A DNA stretch of 63,324 bases, filler included, from Octopus bimaculoides (lineage: Eukaryota), in assembly GCF_001194135.2 (NCBI RefSeq). It is 8 parts of 7 records of this genome, joined end to end, with 100 filler letters (N's around TTAATTAATTAA, not from the genome) between each part and the next. Parts side by side here need not be neighbours in the genome. Positions count along the whole stretch, not along the records: positions 17,313 to 44,740 come from NC_068981.1; positions 44,841 to 54,681 come from NC_068991.1; 6 more parts are not named here. One strand, 5' to 3'. The notes beneath the pieces were generated by a model. It had not been told where the DNA came from and made no database searches. It was given only the letters and a program-made list of their open reading frames with translations. Every line of letters starts with the position of its first letter. Position 1 is the stretch's first letter. Below are positions 39,151-51,904 of the stretch, piece by piece. A program made the position numbers and the translations under genes.

Positions 39151-39869
39151 ATGCACTTGGGAGTGGATTGATGAGAAACAGAAGCACGAGTGAGTCGCGA
39201 GTGTTTAAGTGAAAGTGAAGCGAAACCAGTCAACTTCGAGGAGCAGAGACAATTGTTGTAGTTTTAGAGAAGATAGAATGAAGAGATCCCACGGCGGCTG
39301 GAGTACCTTGGCGAGCGAATTCATGCTAATCAACAGGCTTACCATTTAGGTGGAAAATATCCGAGTGATTGAGCGTGTGTTTGCGTGATTAGGGCACAAC
39401 AAAAGGGAGTACTTGCCAAGTCCTGAGGCGAATAAAATATTCCTACAGAGCGTCATCGACGTGAATGAAATTTTAATAGAATTTTAAACACTTCGGTCTG
39501 GAGGTAGGCATTTTATTCGACATCTTCGATTATGAGGAAATACCAAAGAATTTTCGATAATACTATCACGGGACAATTTTCATTTATATATTCACGGGAG
39601 TGTCTAAGTCTTTGTAGTATCTTGACTTGCAAGAAATAGCAGTCAAATCTCCCACTTATAACTAGATGATGTAGCCTTAGATACCCTTAAACCAAAGCAA
39701 TGGTTGCAGTTTAAACGCCTTCGATCGGATATATGCTTAATCACAATCGGTCAGGAGATAGCAAGAACATCAAATCTACATGTATACATGAAAGCATAAT
39801 AAAAATAACGTTGAAAACGCATGCAACAAGATTCTATTTGAAGATAAAACTTCGCATCGACTTTTAACT

Positions 39870-39941
39870 GGTTCTATGGTGTTATGGTTAGCACACTGGA
39901 CTCTGAATCCAGTGATCCGAGTTCAAGTCTCGGTAGAACCT
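39870..39941 (+). tRNA. tRNA-Gln-CTG: tRNA-Gln(CTG) variant
   Basis: Stems intact; substitutions include A14>T in the A box; followed directly by a T-run. May be weak or non-functional. Confidence 0.8.
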
Positions 39942-40370
39942 TTTTTTGTTTCGGTACTTATTTGTTAGAATGGGTATGTAAAAAAAAATCAGTATTTTTT
40001 AAAATAAATAAATAAATGACGTCACACAATGGCAGAAATAGAACTCGTACTGTTCTACTGTTCCTGTTCCTTCCTCAAGATTGATGAACATATCAGTGAC
40101 GTGAAATACTTACAACAAACCATGGAAACTGCATTACAAGCTGTACTCAATGGGAGTTTATCTCTGAGTCACCGGTCACTTTAAGCTACGTCTTTACGTT
40201 CTGTGTTCCAATCTTACCGAAATCAACTTTACATTTAATTTTTCTGGGTTGTTGATGAAATAAGAGCCAAAGTACTGAGTTGATTTAATATTCCTTATAA
40301 TGCATGAGATGAGAATGGATTCTATTTCAAGATTCTATTTGAAGATAAAACTTTGGCTCGATTGCGGAGT

Positions 40371-40442
40371 GGTTCTATGGTGTAATGGTTAGCACTCTGG
40401 ACTTTGAATCCAGCGATCCGAGTTCAAGTCTCGGTAGAACCT
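40371..40442 (+). tRNA. tRNA-Gln-TTG: tRNA-Gln(TTG), intact
   Basis: ggttctatggtgtaatggttagcactctggactttgaatccagcgatccgagttcaagtctcggtagaacct; perfect stems; TTTTT about 14 nt downstream. Confidence 0.96.
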
Positions 40443-40504
40443 ATTAATTACAGGCTTTTTAAAAAATAAATATTGATTCTCATTGATTTTGGAGTGAGTC
40501 ATTA

Positions 40505-40538
<34 letters not shown>

Positions 40539-40541
40539 TTA

Positions 40542-40756
40542 GGCGGCGAGCTGGCAGGAACGTTAGCATGCCGGTTGAAATGCTTAGCGGTATTTCGTCT
40601 GTCTTTACGTTCTGAGTTCAAATTCCGCCGAGGTCGACTTTGCCTTTCATCCTTTCAGGGTCGATAAATTAAGTACCAGTTGCGTACTTGAATCGATCTA
40701 ATCGACTGGCCCCCTCCCCCAAAATTTCGGGCCTTGTGCCTAGAGTAGAAAAGATT
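40542..40756 (+). mobile_element. SINE family B (alternative tail)
   Basis: ggcggcgagctggcagg...gtcgactttgcctttcatcctttcagggtcgataaa...gggccttgtgcctagagtagaaaag. Confidence 0.9.
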
Positions 40757-41307
40757 ATTTTTTTTATTGTTTCAGTCACTGGATTGCGGCCATATTGCAG
40801 CACAACGATGAGGTTTTTTAGTCGAACAAATCGACTTCTGTACATATTCCATCGATCATTTTTATCCAACCGCTAAGATATTGGATCGTAAACAAACAAC
40901 ACCGGTTGTCAAGTGTTATAGGGCACAAAACACACACACACATACACACACGCACACACACACACACGCACATACACACACAGACACACACGCACACGCG
41001 CACACACACAAAGACACACACATATACATATATATGAATATATATACACATACAAACTTACATACGTCCGTGTATATATAAAGGAAGTGTCCAGAGACTT
41101 AAGACGAAAATGGCGGCCTGCTGGATTAATAAGTCAATGACAATCGTTGGTCGTTTTGTCAGCTAATGGCATGGATAAAGTCAAATAATCGAAGTTTTTC
41201 AACTTACCACAATAACATATGTGAGATCCTAGAATGGGGGTATTTTTAGTACCCTGAACCCTACACTAAAGTACTTTCCCTCGGCCTTATTAAGTGTTAA
41301 AACGTAG

Positions 41308-41465
41308 GGCGGCGGGCTGGCAGAATCGTTAGCACGCTGGACGAAATGCTTGGCGGTATTTCGCACGTCACTACGTTCTGAGTTCAAATTCCGCCGGGGT
41401 CGATGTAATCGACTAGTCCCCTCCCCACAAATTTCAAGACTTGTGCCTATAGTAGAAAGGATTAC
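41308..41465 (+). mobile_element. SINE family B, internally deleted
   Basis: Head and tail joined at ggggtcgat. Confidence 0.8.
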
Positions 41466-42782
41466 GTTAAAACTTACCGTCTCTCTGGGCATTAAAACTA
41501 ATAGCTAACATGCAGACGACAGTTAATCAACACGATCTAGATGTCGCTTAGCTTTAAATAAAACATCGTAGTGGAGTGTGTGAAATCTTTTTTCCATTTT
41601 TATTATCTTGCAATGCTACTGAAATCTTTTTTCCTTTTTTTTTTTTATCATCTTGCAATGCTACTGAAATCTTTTATCTTTTATTTTTGATTTATCGTGT
41701 TTTCTGAATTGGGAATAAATTTTCGCGTTTGAAGAATAGAAAGACAAGTTTTAGAGAATTGTCCCTCTTTGAAAAAGGGAAGATACAAAGGAATATAACT
41801 AGGATACAATACAGATCGTGTCGATAACTGTCGTCTGCATTTTTTTTCTATCAGTTTTACTGTTCAGAGTTACGGTTTTTGCTCAATAAAACAGTCTCTG
41901 TCCTTGTTGATAACGCATCAAACGTTGATTGCGCCTTATCTATGTTNNNNNNNNNNNNNNNNNNNNNNNNNNNNNNNNNNNNNNNNNNNNNNNNNNNNNN
42001 NNNNNNNNNNNNNNNNNNNNNNNNNNNNNNNNNNNNNNNNNNNNNNTTAGCACCCTCTCCATCAAGTCAGCCCACGCCATACAAAAATGTCCTATTGTTT
42101 TTAAAAAAACCTGGGCGTGGTTTGAGAGACATTGTTGCTATTTATAGAAACCACGTACAGCTTGGCCTGTGTATATAGTAAACCACATACAAGTAGCAAC
42201 TCAATTGCCCATTGTCATCATCACTTTACGTTCGCTTTCCATTGTAGTAAAAGTTAAGCAGGTCGCCATTGTTCGAATTTGTTCATATTCGTAGTTACTG
42301 CCTTCCTGGATTTGTTGGAGGACCGCATCTCGCACTTTTCTTTTTGTCTTGATTTATACGACCGGATGTCTTTTCTAACACCAACTACATTACTGGTGCA
42401 TTTTATCGTGACACCAATATTAGTGAGGTATCCATGTCCTCGGCCAGTCTAAAGAGATTTCTTGACCTTGCTTTGTCTCCTCTCGTTCACCAATCACTTT
42501 ACAGAGTGTAGTAGAAGTATTTGATCATGGTATCAGCAAAGGCATAAGTAGCCTCACTATTGTATTGTATCTCTAAACTTTCAATGCAGTGTAATGAAGA
42601 AGGTGAATGGAAGAGTGAGTGACAGAGAGGGAGCGAGCTGTGACAGAAGGGCGTAGATGAATGCATGAAGAGAACAAGTGTATGAAAAAGAAACTGAGGA
42701 AGACACTTGTCCAAGGGGCCACGCTGTAGGATTGAACCCGAACAAATGTGGTTGGGAAGCAAGCGTCTTCAATAAAAGATAC

Positions 42783-43155
42783 TTTCATTTGTTTCCGTCA
42801 CTAGGCTGCAGCTGTGCTGGAACACAAACCTGAAGTTTAGTCGAACAAAACAACAAATTTTAGTACTTATCTTATCGGTGACTTTAACTAAACAGTTAAG
42901 CTACGGGGACATAAATAAACCAACAACGATCGTCAAACGGAGTGGGAGGAAAAACACATATATGTATACATATACACGACGAGCTTTCACATAGTTTCCG
43001 TTCACCAAATTCACTTACAAGGCACTGGGTGATCCGGAGCTATAGTCAAATTCCCTTACCCACGGCTCCCACTGTGCCTACGATGCCGCGCAGTGGACTG
43101 AACCCAAAACCATGCGGTTGCAGAACGAACTTCTGAACCACACAGCCATTCCTGT
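42783..43155 (-). mobile_element. SINE family A, degenerate
   Basis: Reverse complement of head (aggaatggctgtgtggttcag) and tail recognisable. Confidence 0.75.
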
Positions 43156-43170
43156 GCAAATATAAAATAT

Positions 43171-43700
43171 GTGCAGGCGTGGCTGTGTGGTAAGAAGCTT
43201 GTTTCTCAGCTATATGGTTCTGGGTTCAGACCTACTGCGTGGCATCTTGGTAAAGTGTCTCCTACTATGGCCTCGGGCTGACCAAAGCCTTGTGAGTCGA
43301 TTTGGTAGATGGAAACTGAAAGAAGCTTGTTATATATATNNNNNNNNNNNNNNNNNNNNNNNNNNNNNNNNNNNNNNNNNNNNNNNNNNNNNNNNNNNNN
43401 NNNNNNNNNNNNNNNNNNNNNNNNNNNNNNNNNNNNNNNNNNNATATATATATATGTGTGTGTGTGTGTATGTATGTATGTATCTGTACGTATGTGTGTG
43501 TGTCTTTGTGTCTGTGTTTGACCCCCATAACCGCTAAACAACCGGTTTTGGTGTGTTTACGTCCCCGCAATCTAGCAGTTCAGTAATAGAGTACTAGGCT
43601 TAAGAAATAAGTCCTAGATTCGATTTGTTCCATTAAAACCCTTCAGAGTGGTGCTCCAGCATGGCCGCAGTTAAATGACTGAGACACGTAAAAAAAGAAG
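43171..43700 (+). mobile_element. SINE family A
   Basis: gtgcaggcgtggctgtgtggtaag...ggtgctccagcatggccgcagttaaatgactga; gap inside. Confidence 0.85.
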
Positions 43701-44419
43701 AATATTTTCTACATCTTTTTGTACTAGAACGAAAACTTGGCCTGTTGACTTTCTAATTCCTATAATATCGGAATTTGTTTTAAAAAATACAAGTAATAAT
43801 CGATTATAAGTAATAATCGAAATAATTGCTAAATGTCGTTCAACCGTGACTATTTCATCTATTTTTTTTATCCCTGGTGTATACATTCAACTTCTAAATG
43901 TTTCTCGCCTTTTAAGACGATAATAGTTTCCCCACATTATTTCGAATATGCGTCAGTAGTTGTTGAAACTTAGGTCATCCAAGTATTAGCAACTCATCAT
44001 GGGAGGAACTATTTTATATACACTACATTTTTTTACTCAGTGTCATTTATAACACTGCACATTCCTTTCCAGTGATAAGGAACTCCCATCCCAACCCCAC
44101 TTGTAATACACCTTCAATGCACAAGTATCAACCATAGGCAGCCTATTTATCTCATAACCGGACCTACATGGCTGCCATAAACAAAAACCAATGGAGCATC
44201 CTAGTTTTTTTTTTGTCTGTGCAGTATCACAACACTTATCAAAGAGATAGTCCTATATATTACGTCCTTTAGTCATGAATAATAGACAATCTAAACGCTT
44301 AAATTCACTAAAATCTATGATTCGCGCAGAGACCCACATACATAACATTACTTAAACAGTATTGATAAAAGAACAATATTGAGATTATTCTTTAGAGCTA
44401 GAAAAATTTTCAGCTTTAA

Positions 44420-44660
44420 TTAGTTTCTGGCCTGCTTCCGTTGGTGGCTAATGAGCCCTGCTCTTGACAAGCATACACGACTGCAAACATTGCAGACCAA
44501 GCTTTCCCCATTCACTATACGAGCCGTGCGCTTTCGCGCAGCTCGCTTAAGTTCTTCATGCTGGATACGTGCTCTCTCAAAAGTGTCGATCTCCTCCTTA
44601 ACCTGCTTCCTCCATCCGTGGCGATGACAGGCATTGTTCTCCCAGTCCCGGCCTATAACA
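44420..44660 (-). mobile_element. RTE LINE 3' end with terminal zinc-finger-like motif
   Basis: DWENNACHRHGWRKQVKEEIDTFERARIQHEELKRAARK...CNVCSRVCLSRAGLISHQR. Confidence 0.85.
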
Positions 44661-44703
44661 TGCATATATATATACATACAAACATACATACATACACACA
44701 TAC

Positions 44704-44740
<37 letters not shown>

Positions 44741-44973
44741 NNNNNNNNNNNNNNNNNNNNNNNNNNNNNNNNNNNNNNNNNNNNTTAATTAATTAANNNN
44801 NNNNNNNNNNNNNNNNNNNNNNNNNNNNNNNNNNNNNNNNTACGCAAAACAGCCTTCAGACTTTCCCTATTAATTTTATCGTCTTTTGAATTATGAACAT
44901 ATTTACATCATAAGGGTTTTTTCTTTTTAGTTGATTTTCACCTAGCAAGACTTATCGTAGATGGCGTAATAAG

Positions 44974-45006
44974 CCACACCCGGACAAGGTCGGGTTATAC
45001 TGCTAG
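44974..45006 (+). mobile_element. Helitron-like 3' terminus
   Basis: cccggacaaggtcgggttatactgCTAG|t: hairpin + CTAG. Confidence 0.5.
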
Positions 45007-45960
45007 TAGATAATAAAATTAAACAATATTTTAGCAAATTAATTTTTCGGAAATTATTTTTCTCTTGAATTGTTCTCTTGTATTGCGATTATATGTATAT
45101 AAATATATATGTATAGATGTGTGTGTGTGTTTGTGTGTATGTATATATGTGTATGTATGTATGTATGTATATGAGTATATACGTATATGCATATATATAT
45201 ATAAATATGTAAACACACATATATACATATACATGTGGACGTGTATGTATGTGTGTGTGCGTGTATGTGTGTATGTGTGCATGTGTGTATAAAAAATTCC
45301 TGGTATTATTAAATAGACTTTCACATTCACACATATATGCATAAATACAGACACACCCTTGTACACACACGCACTCATGCACACACAAACGCGCGCACGT
45401 ACACTCACACACATCCATACATATACACGCACGTATGCGCGTATACATACGTATATATATACAGATATTGGTATAGATATAAACATAGGCAGATAGACAA
45501 ACAGACGGACGGACGGACAGGCAGATAAAATATAACAGAATTGAGAGACACTTGTGTTTTTGCATCGGCAAACTCCTCACGGCAATTACGCTGCAGTCTT
45601 TCTGTGAAATTCTTTGGCAGTAATGAAGTCAATAAAATAAATAGCAAGTAAGATTCAAATAATAGGCAAGGCATTTATATTATGTCTTCTAAATTCATTT
45701 ATTTCTATATAGCTCATAATAATTTTAAATTCCTCTATGCGTTGTTAGGCAGCGCTCCGTCGATTTGATTTCTAACGTAGTTGATAGAAGGGAGGTAACT
45801 GTAATTGCTAAACCGCTTATTTCAAGGGGCGTAACTCCAACGTCATTGCAGCTCGGAAATTCGAGTTTTCATTCAGTCGTCTGTGTGTGCGCGTGTGTGT
45901 GTGTGTGTGTGTGCGTGTGTGCGTGTGCTTGCGTCTGTGTGTCTGTATGTATGTATGAAT

Positions 45961-46330
45961 TCTTTTACTTGTTTCAATCTTTTGGCTGCGGCCATGCTGG
46001 GACACCGTCTTTAGTCGAGCAAATCGACCCTAAGACTTATTCTTTGTAAGCCTAGTATTTATTCTATCATTCTCTTTTTGCTGAACCGCTAAGTTACGGG
46101 GACGTAAACACACCAGCATCGGTTGTCAAGCGATGTTGGGGGGGGGGGACAAACACAGACATACACACATACATACACACTCAGTTTTCGTCAACCAAAT
46201 CTACCCACAAAGCTTTATTCGGTCCGAGGCTATAGTAGAAGACACTTGCCCAAGTTGCCACCTAATGGGACTGAACCCGGAACCATGTGGTTGGTAAGCA
46301 AGCTACTTACCACACACCACTCTTGCGCCT
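45961..46330 (-). mobile_element. SINE family A
   Basis: Near-full reverse complement copy. Confidence 0.88.
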
Positions 46331-46413
46331 ATTATATTATTTATATATATATTCAAAAAAAAAGTACTCCAGCCAGTGAGAGATAAATATCATTTAATAT
46401 ACAGTTACAAAAG

Positions 46414-46842
46414 TGGCGAGCTGGTAGAAACGTTAGCACACCGGGCGAAATGCTTAGCGGTATTTCGCCTGCCGTTAGATTCTGAGTTCAAATTCCGCTG
46501 AGGTCAGCTTTGCCTTTCATCCTTTAAGGGTCGATAAATTAAGTACCAGTTACGCACTGAGGTCGATGTAATCGACTTAATCTATTTGTCTGTCCTTGTT
46601 TGTCCCCTCTGTGTACAGCCCCTTGTGGGGAGTAAAGAAATAAGAAACGTTAGCACGCCGGGCAAAATGCTTAGCACTATATCGCGTCTTTACGTTCTGA
46701 GATCAAATTCCGCCGAGGTCGACTTTGCTTTTCATCCTTTCGGGGTCGATAGATTAAAAGTCAGTAACGTACTGTGGTCGATCTAATCGACTGGCTCCTT
46801 CCCCCAAAATTTTGGGCCTTGTGCCTAGAGTAGAAAAGAATA
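46414..46842 (+). mobile_element. Two tandem SINE family B copies with different tails
   Basis: First copy ends ccttgtggggagtaaagaaata; second starts at gaaacgttagcacgcc and ends gccttgtgcctagagtagaaaag. Confidence 0.88.
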
Positions 46843-47329
46843 TACACAATTACAAAAGAGTTACTAATAGTTTCATGCTTTAAGATACATTAAATTGCCA
46901 GATTTATATAACATGCCACGTATCTCCCAGCAATCTTTCAGGCTCAGAAACAAGAAGAAAGCTTGCCAAGATGATTGATGCAAAATGTGGAACGAGAAGA
47001 CAGAAAAGAACAGTAAGAAAACCAAGATCGTCATACTTTTTTACTGTAGAAACCATAATTAATCTTAACAGGTGTGGATCAATATAACAGAAAAGAGGCA
47101 AAAGCCTATGAGATAGCTATTCAATCTGGGGAGGGTGGTGTCTTCAATTTCAATAAAACAACCCTGTCCAGGTGTTTGAATTTGCTAAAAATTCCGGATC
47201 TGGAATTAAGTATTATGGTGGAATTCTTGAACCTAAAAAAAAAATATGATCTTTCAGCAACGCATAACTGTTGTAAATTACAGATTTATTTATACTTAAA
47301 TATATATACATAAGAGTTAGAAGAAGAAA

Positions 47330-48650
47330 ACAAAACAAAACAATTCACCACCTTAGGTTGAAAATTTTGGGGCGCTGGGAAACCTCCCTAATGACTGTTG
47401 AGGCACGCCAGCACGCTTGCAGCGTTGCCGCGAGTGATGGCGAGATTGATGTGCTAGAACAAGCGAGTGCCTCCATGAACTTCCCCAGTTACCTCTGCTA
47501 GCTGAGCTGCGAGTGAAGATAGGAATCTCGTGGTCAGTGGTCCGACCCCAAACGTCTCGAACGTCACAGGATGGAAAATGTAGTTGGCCGACAGATCGCG
47601 GTATTTCAGGATTTTGTTCCGCTTGGTCGCAGGAGCTGCGGATCTCGCCCTGGCCGCAGCATCCAGGATGTGAGAAGAAGCAAAAGAGTCGCTAACTGTG
47701 ATGCCCCAGACAAGGCATCTGCCTCTCGACGAGGGTCACAGGGCGAGCCCGTCAGCCCCTTTAATGTCAAATTCGCTGGATTTGNNNNNNNNNNNNNNNN
47801 NNNNNNNNNNNNNNNNNNNNNNNNNNNNNNNNNNNNNNNNNNNNNNNNNNNNNNNNNNNNNNNNNNNNNNNNNNNNNNNNNNNNNNNNNNNNNNNNNNNN
47901 NNNNNNNNNNNNNNNNNNNNNNNNNNNNNNNNNNNNNNNNNNNNNNNNNNNNNNNNNNNNNNNNNNNNNNNNNNNNNNNNNNNNNNNNNNNNNNNNNNNN
48001 NNNNNNNNNNNNNNNNNNNNNNNNNNNNNNNNNNNNNNNNNNNNNTGTAGCAAAGTCCTCAGTAGAGAGCTGGTTGTCGGAGTATGGGGCGTCTCCACGG
48101 AGCTGAAGTGACACTGACTGCAGGTCTAGTATGGAAGCCTTTTGGCTCAAGCCTTGGTGATGCGGACACAGCTTCTGTGGTAATTTTGGTGGCACAAGTG
48201 ACAATTAATTGTTTTTAGGTATCGGCTACTGCGAGCACAGAGAGCACTGCCAGATCGTGGGCTGGCATCGACCGAACGTAGAGGGCCAGCATTGGAACTC
48301 AACTGAGGAAATGAATTAACAGAGGAGGCAAGGCAAGCAGCATTGGTTCCAACGGTGGGACTAGAACGGAGGTTGGGTGGTGCCGGGGGAGGTTCAATAG
48401 TTGTAGGAGTGGTGGGGTTGGCAGAGATAATTCCGTTCGGAACCCGTGGTGGAGAGAGAGTACCGAAGTTGGTGGAGAATGAGAGGTCAAAGGTTGATCT
48501 GTTGTCACATAGTCGCTCCACCAAGCAGGTCTCTTGGTCGTTCGACGCATGCCTCCATCACCAAGAATGGATAAGGTTAAAGTAGTGGAAACCCCACCAA
48601 TCGGCAGTCGCTGGTCATTGGAAGAAAAAGAGCAACGATACACAAAAATA
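47330..48650 (-). mobile_element. CRE-clade non-LTR retrotransposon, both ends with a gap in the middle
   Basis: C-terminal REL: ADGLAL.PSSRGRCLVWGITVSDSFASSH...KILKYRDLSANYIFHPVTFETFG...LAITRGNAASVLA. N-terminal part is Pro/Ser-rich with CHLC-x4-H-x2-C. (GTTTT)n tail. Confidence 0.75.
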
Positions 48651-49784
48651 AGTGGTGGGGTGGGAAGAAAAGTGACAAAACGTTACAAAGCGCTATGAAA
48701 ATGTTAAAGAGTCACACACATGCGACAGCCTCCAAAGTGGCAAAAGGGAATAGAGAAAAAGAAGATAAACTGTTAAATAGTTCAACTCAAGATCAAAGCG
48801 CTGAAAGACAAACAAAGAACAGTTATTTCGAGTCCACGGAGCAGCTCTCACTCACTCCGCCATTTGATACGACACTTGACAATTTCATCGGCACTAAATT
48901 GAGTCTGCGTTCCGTTTTCTTCCTTGAAGAATTTAATGTACGGAATTGGGATACACAGGAAGGTGTATGCCCACTTCCCTACAAAGTGAATCATATATAT
49001 AAAACAATATTATTTATTAAAAAAAAAAATCAAATGAAGAGCCTAACATTTATTCGAGGTCAAATTATTCCTGCATCACAAGTATGGAAGCAATTGGTGA
49101 AGCCGTTTTCACGTGAAAAGCGAATACACACACAAATCTCTATTCGCTTAAGCCGAAAACAAGACCGTTTGTCAGTTTTCTTTTGAGCAGATAACGATTA
49201 AACAAAGAACGCTTGTAAAGAAGAAGAGAAGAAAAATACAAGGGAGATAAACGTATTTCCGTATTACAACAAAGAGGTTCCTTATGATCTGTGTTTCATT
49301 AGTGTTGTTCTATGGTTTGTGTGCGTCAAAGCTGAAGAAACGATAAACTTTTGTTTCAAAATACTCTGACGTATCCAATGGCAACAACAAAACAAATGGT
49401 GGGAGAGTAATATATAATGTCTTGAATAATTTCAAATGATCGGAGTATTTCTCCTCATTCTATTCATACATATGGTGAGACTAACTGGTTTTAACAAAGA
49501 GAATACAATAAAATGATTTCAAATTCTGGCACAAAGACAACAAATTTAGGGAGAGTGGGTAAGTGGATTACATCGACCCTAGTTCTTGACTGGTATTTAT
49601 TTTATGGACATGTTCTGAGAATCCACAGACCAATTAGTAATCAATATACTCGTTTGAAAGGGACGTAGATTCAAGTCTGATCTTAGGAACTTTCCTCTGA
49701 TACGAAAATAAAGCTGTCAAATTATGTATTTAGATGTGTAAAAGCTTTACCAAAAATCTCGTATACTAGCAGAATGATATTGGT

Positions 49785-50230
49785 TTCAAATTTTATCACA
49801 AAGCCAGTAATTTTAGGCATTCGATGGAGGGGTGGGGTAAGTTTATTACATCGACCGCAGTGCTCAAATGGAACTTATTTTATTGACACCGATAGGATGA
49901 AAGGCAAAGTCGACCTCGGCGGAATTTGAACCTAGAACGTAAAGTCCGACGACATACTGCTATGCGTGCGTTTTACCCGGCGTGCTAACGATTCTTATTT
50001 CTTTATTGCCTACAAGGGGCTAAACACAGTGGGGACAAACAAAGACAGACAAAGGGATTAAGTCAATTACATCGACCCTAGTGCGTAACTGGTACTTAAT
50101 TTATCGATCCCGAAAGGATGAAAGGCAAAGTCGACCTCGGCAGAATTTGAACTCAGAACGTAACGGCAGACGAAATACCGCTAAGCATTTCGCCCGGCGT
50201 GCTAACGTTTCTGCCAGCTCACCGCCTTTG
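49785..50230 (-). mobile_element. Two SINE family B copies
   Basis: Reverse complement of the family B core twice; the 49993-50230 copy is near full length. Confidence 0.85.
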
Positions 50231-51309
50231 AAAAATACAATAAAATAAAGAAGTGTACATAAGTTTGGGAACAAGGGAAGCACGGGGTGCAATTGAACCC
50301 TCNNNNNNNNNNNNNNNNNNNNNNNNNNNNNNNNNNNNNNNNNNNNNNNNNNNNNNNNNNNNNNNNNNNNNNNNNNNNNNNNNNNNNNNNNNNNNNNNNN
50401 NNNNNNNNNNNNNNNNNNNNNNNNNNNNNNNNNNNNNNNNNNNNNNNNNNNNNNNNNNNNNNNNNNNNNNNNNNNNNNNNNNNNNNNNNNNNNNNNNNNN
50501 NNNNNNNNNNNNNNNNNNNNNNNNNNNNNNNNNNNNNNNNNNNNNNNNNNNNNNNNNNNNNNNNNNNNNNNNNNNNNNNNNNNNNNNNNNNNNNNNNNNN
50601 NNNNNNNNNNNNNNNTCGACATCTGAAAAACGAATCTTTGTTGTCTTTATTTGGTATCAAATATGGAGCTAACCTCAATATCAGAACACAACCTAAGCAC
50701 GAATATTATGTTGAACTCTGCCTAAATATTTATATATTTTCTCTTCTTCAAAGCAAAGAAGTTTTTAAAAAGTCTTGTCAAGTCGGTCTCAGCGGGAAAA
50801 ATGGTAAATGCGTTGCCTGGGATGATGGTGTGAGAAGATGGCGCTGGGACAGCCATTCTGACTCGCGGGGACCGAAAACGCCCAAACGTCTCCACTTCCA
50901 CAAGTTCGACCACAAACCTGCTTAGAGAGCGGCTGATATTTTGCTATGTTAACTATCTGCGTGAGTCAAAGTTGCAGAAATGAGAAGTTTTGGTGCAAAA
51001 CGATTTGACGTCAATTAACAAAACATCTGTTGCAACAACGAAATAAATTACGGTATAGGAGAGGCTGGTAAAATGCCATATTTGTTACATTCGGTTGGGA
51101 TGAGTGCCTGATCTGCACCCACGGTAATAGGAAATATCATTTAACAGGATTTTAAGTAAAAAATTATAAATATTTTAACTTGTGTAGGGAAAGAAATATA
51201 AAATCGAGGATCTAACGGAAGAAAACAAAAGTTTTTGTTTTTCTACACACGTAGTTTAGAATTTGGTACCATCGAATTTGATAAATTTTACCTTTACACC
51301 CGTATAGAG

Positions 51310-51525
51310 CGGTGAGTCGACAGAATCGATGGCACGTCGAATAAAATGCTCGGTAGCATTTCTCTCGGCTCTTTTCGTTCAGAGTTCAAATGCAGCCAAG
51401 GTCAACTTCGCCCGTCATCTTTTCGGATTCGATAAAATAAATACCATTCTAGTTCTGGGGCCAATTTAATCGACTAAGTCTCTTTCCACTAAAATTGCTA
51501 ACTTTGGGCCCAAATTTGAAATAAC
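51310..51525 (+). mobile_element. SINE family B, degenerate
   Basis: ttcagagttcaaatgcagccaaggtcaacttcgcc...cggattcgataaaa. Confidence 0.6.
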
Positions 51526-51904
51526 TATTACGTTCGTCTCACTTTGAAGGTTTTGTCTACCTAAAGAATTACTGATTTTCCGATGGTTTCACCTTCGAAG
51601 AATAACGAGTGAAATAGTTAATTCATATCTTATAAGCTTGTAGTGGTTAAATGTGTTTCATGGTAAACAGATGCAAAAGGAATGTGTATGCCTTTGAAGT
51701 AAACAAATGAGTGAATCGATTCATAATTAAAATAATTTATTCACTGGACTTAATTTGTGGTTGGTACACATAATTCTTTATTACATGCAAAATGTTGACT
51801 ACTGCTATGAGTTGTTAGAAATAGAAACAGGATACATCTGTGGAAATGATATGCCAGAAATGAATATGTTTGTGTGTGTGTGTGCGTGCGTGTGCGTATG
51901 CGTA

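Noticed and set aside
41100-41500. YY1-like AAAATGGCGGC and minus-strand GTAAGT donor sites suggesting a first exon
   Set aside because: Short motifs are expected by chance, and no downstream coding exon could be found.
48695-49186. 163-aa ORF
   Set aside because: No recognisable domain, AT-rich with an A-run, and no splice or repeat support.
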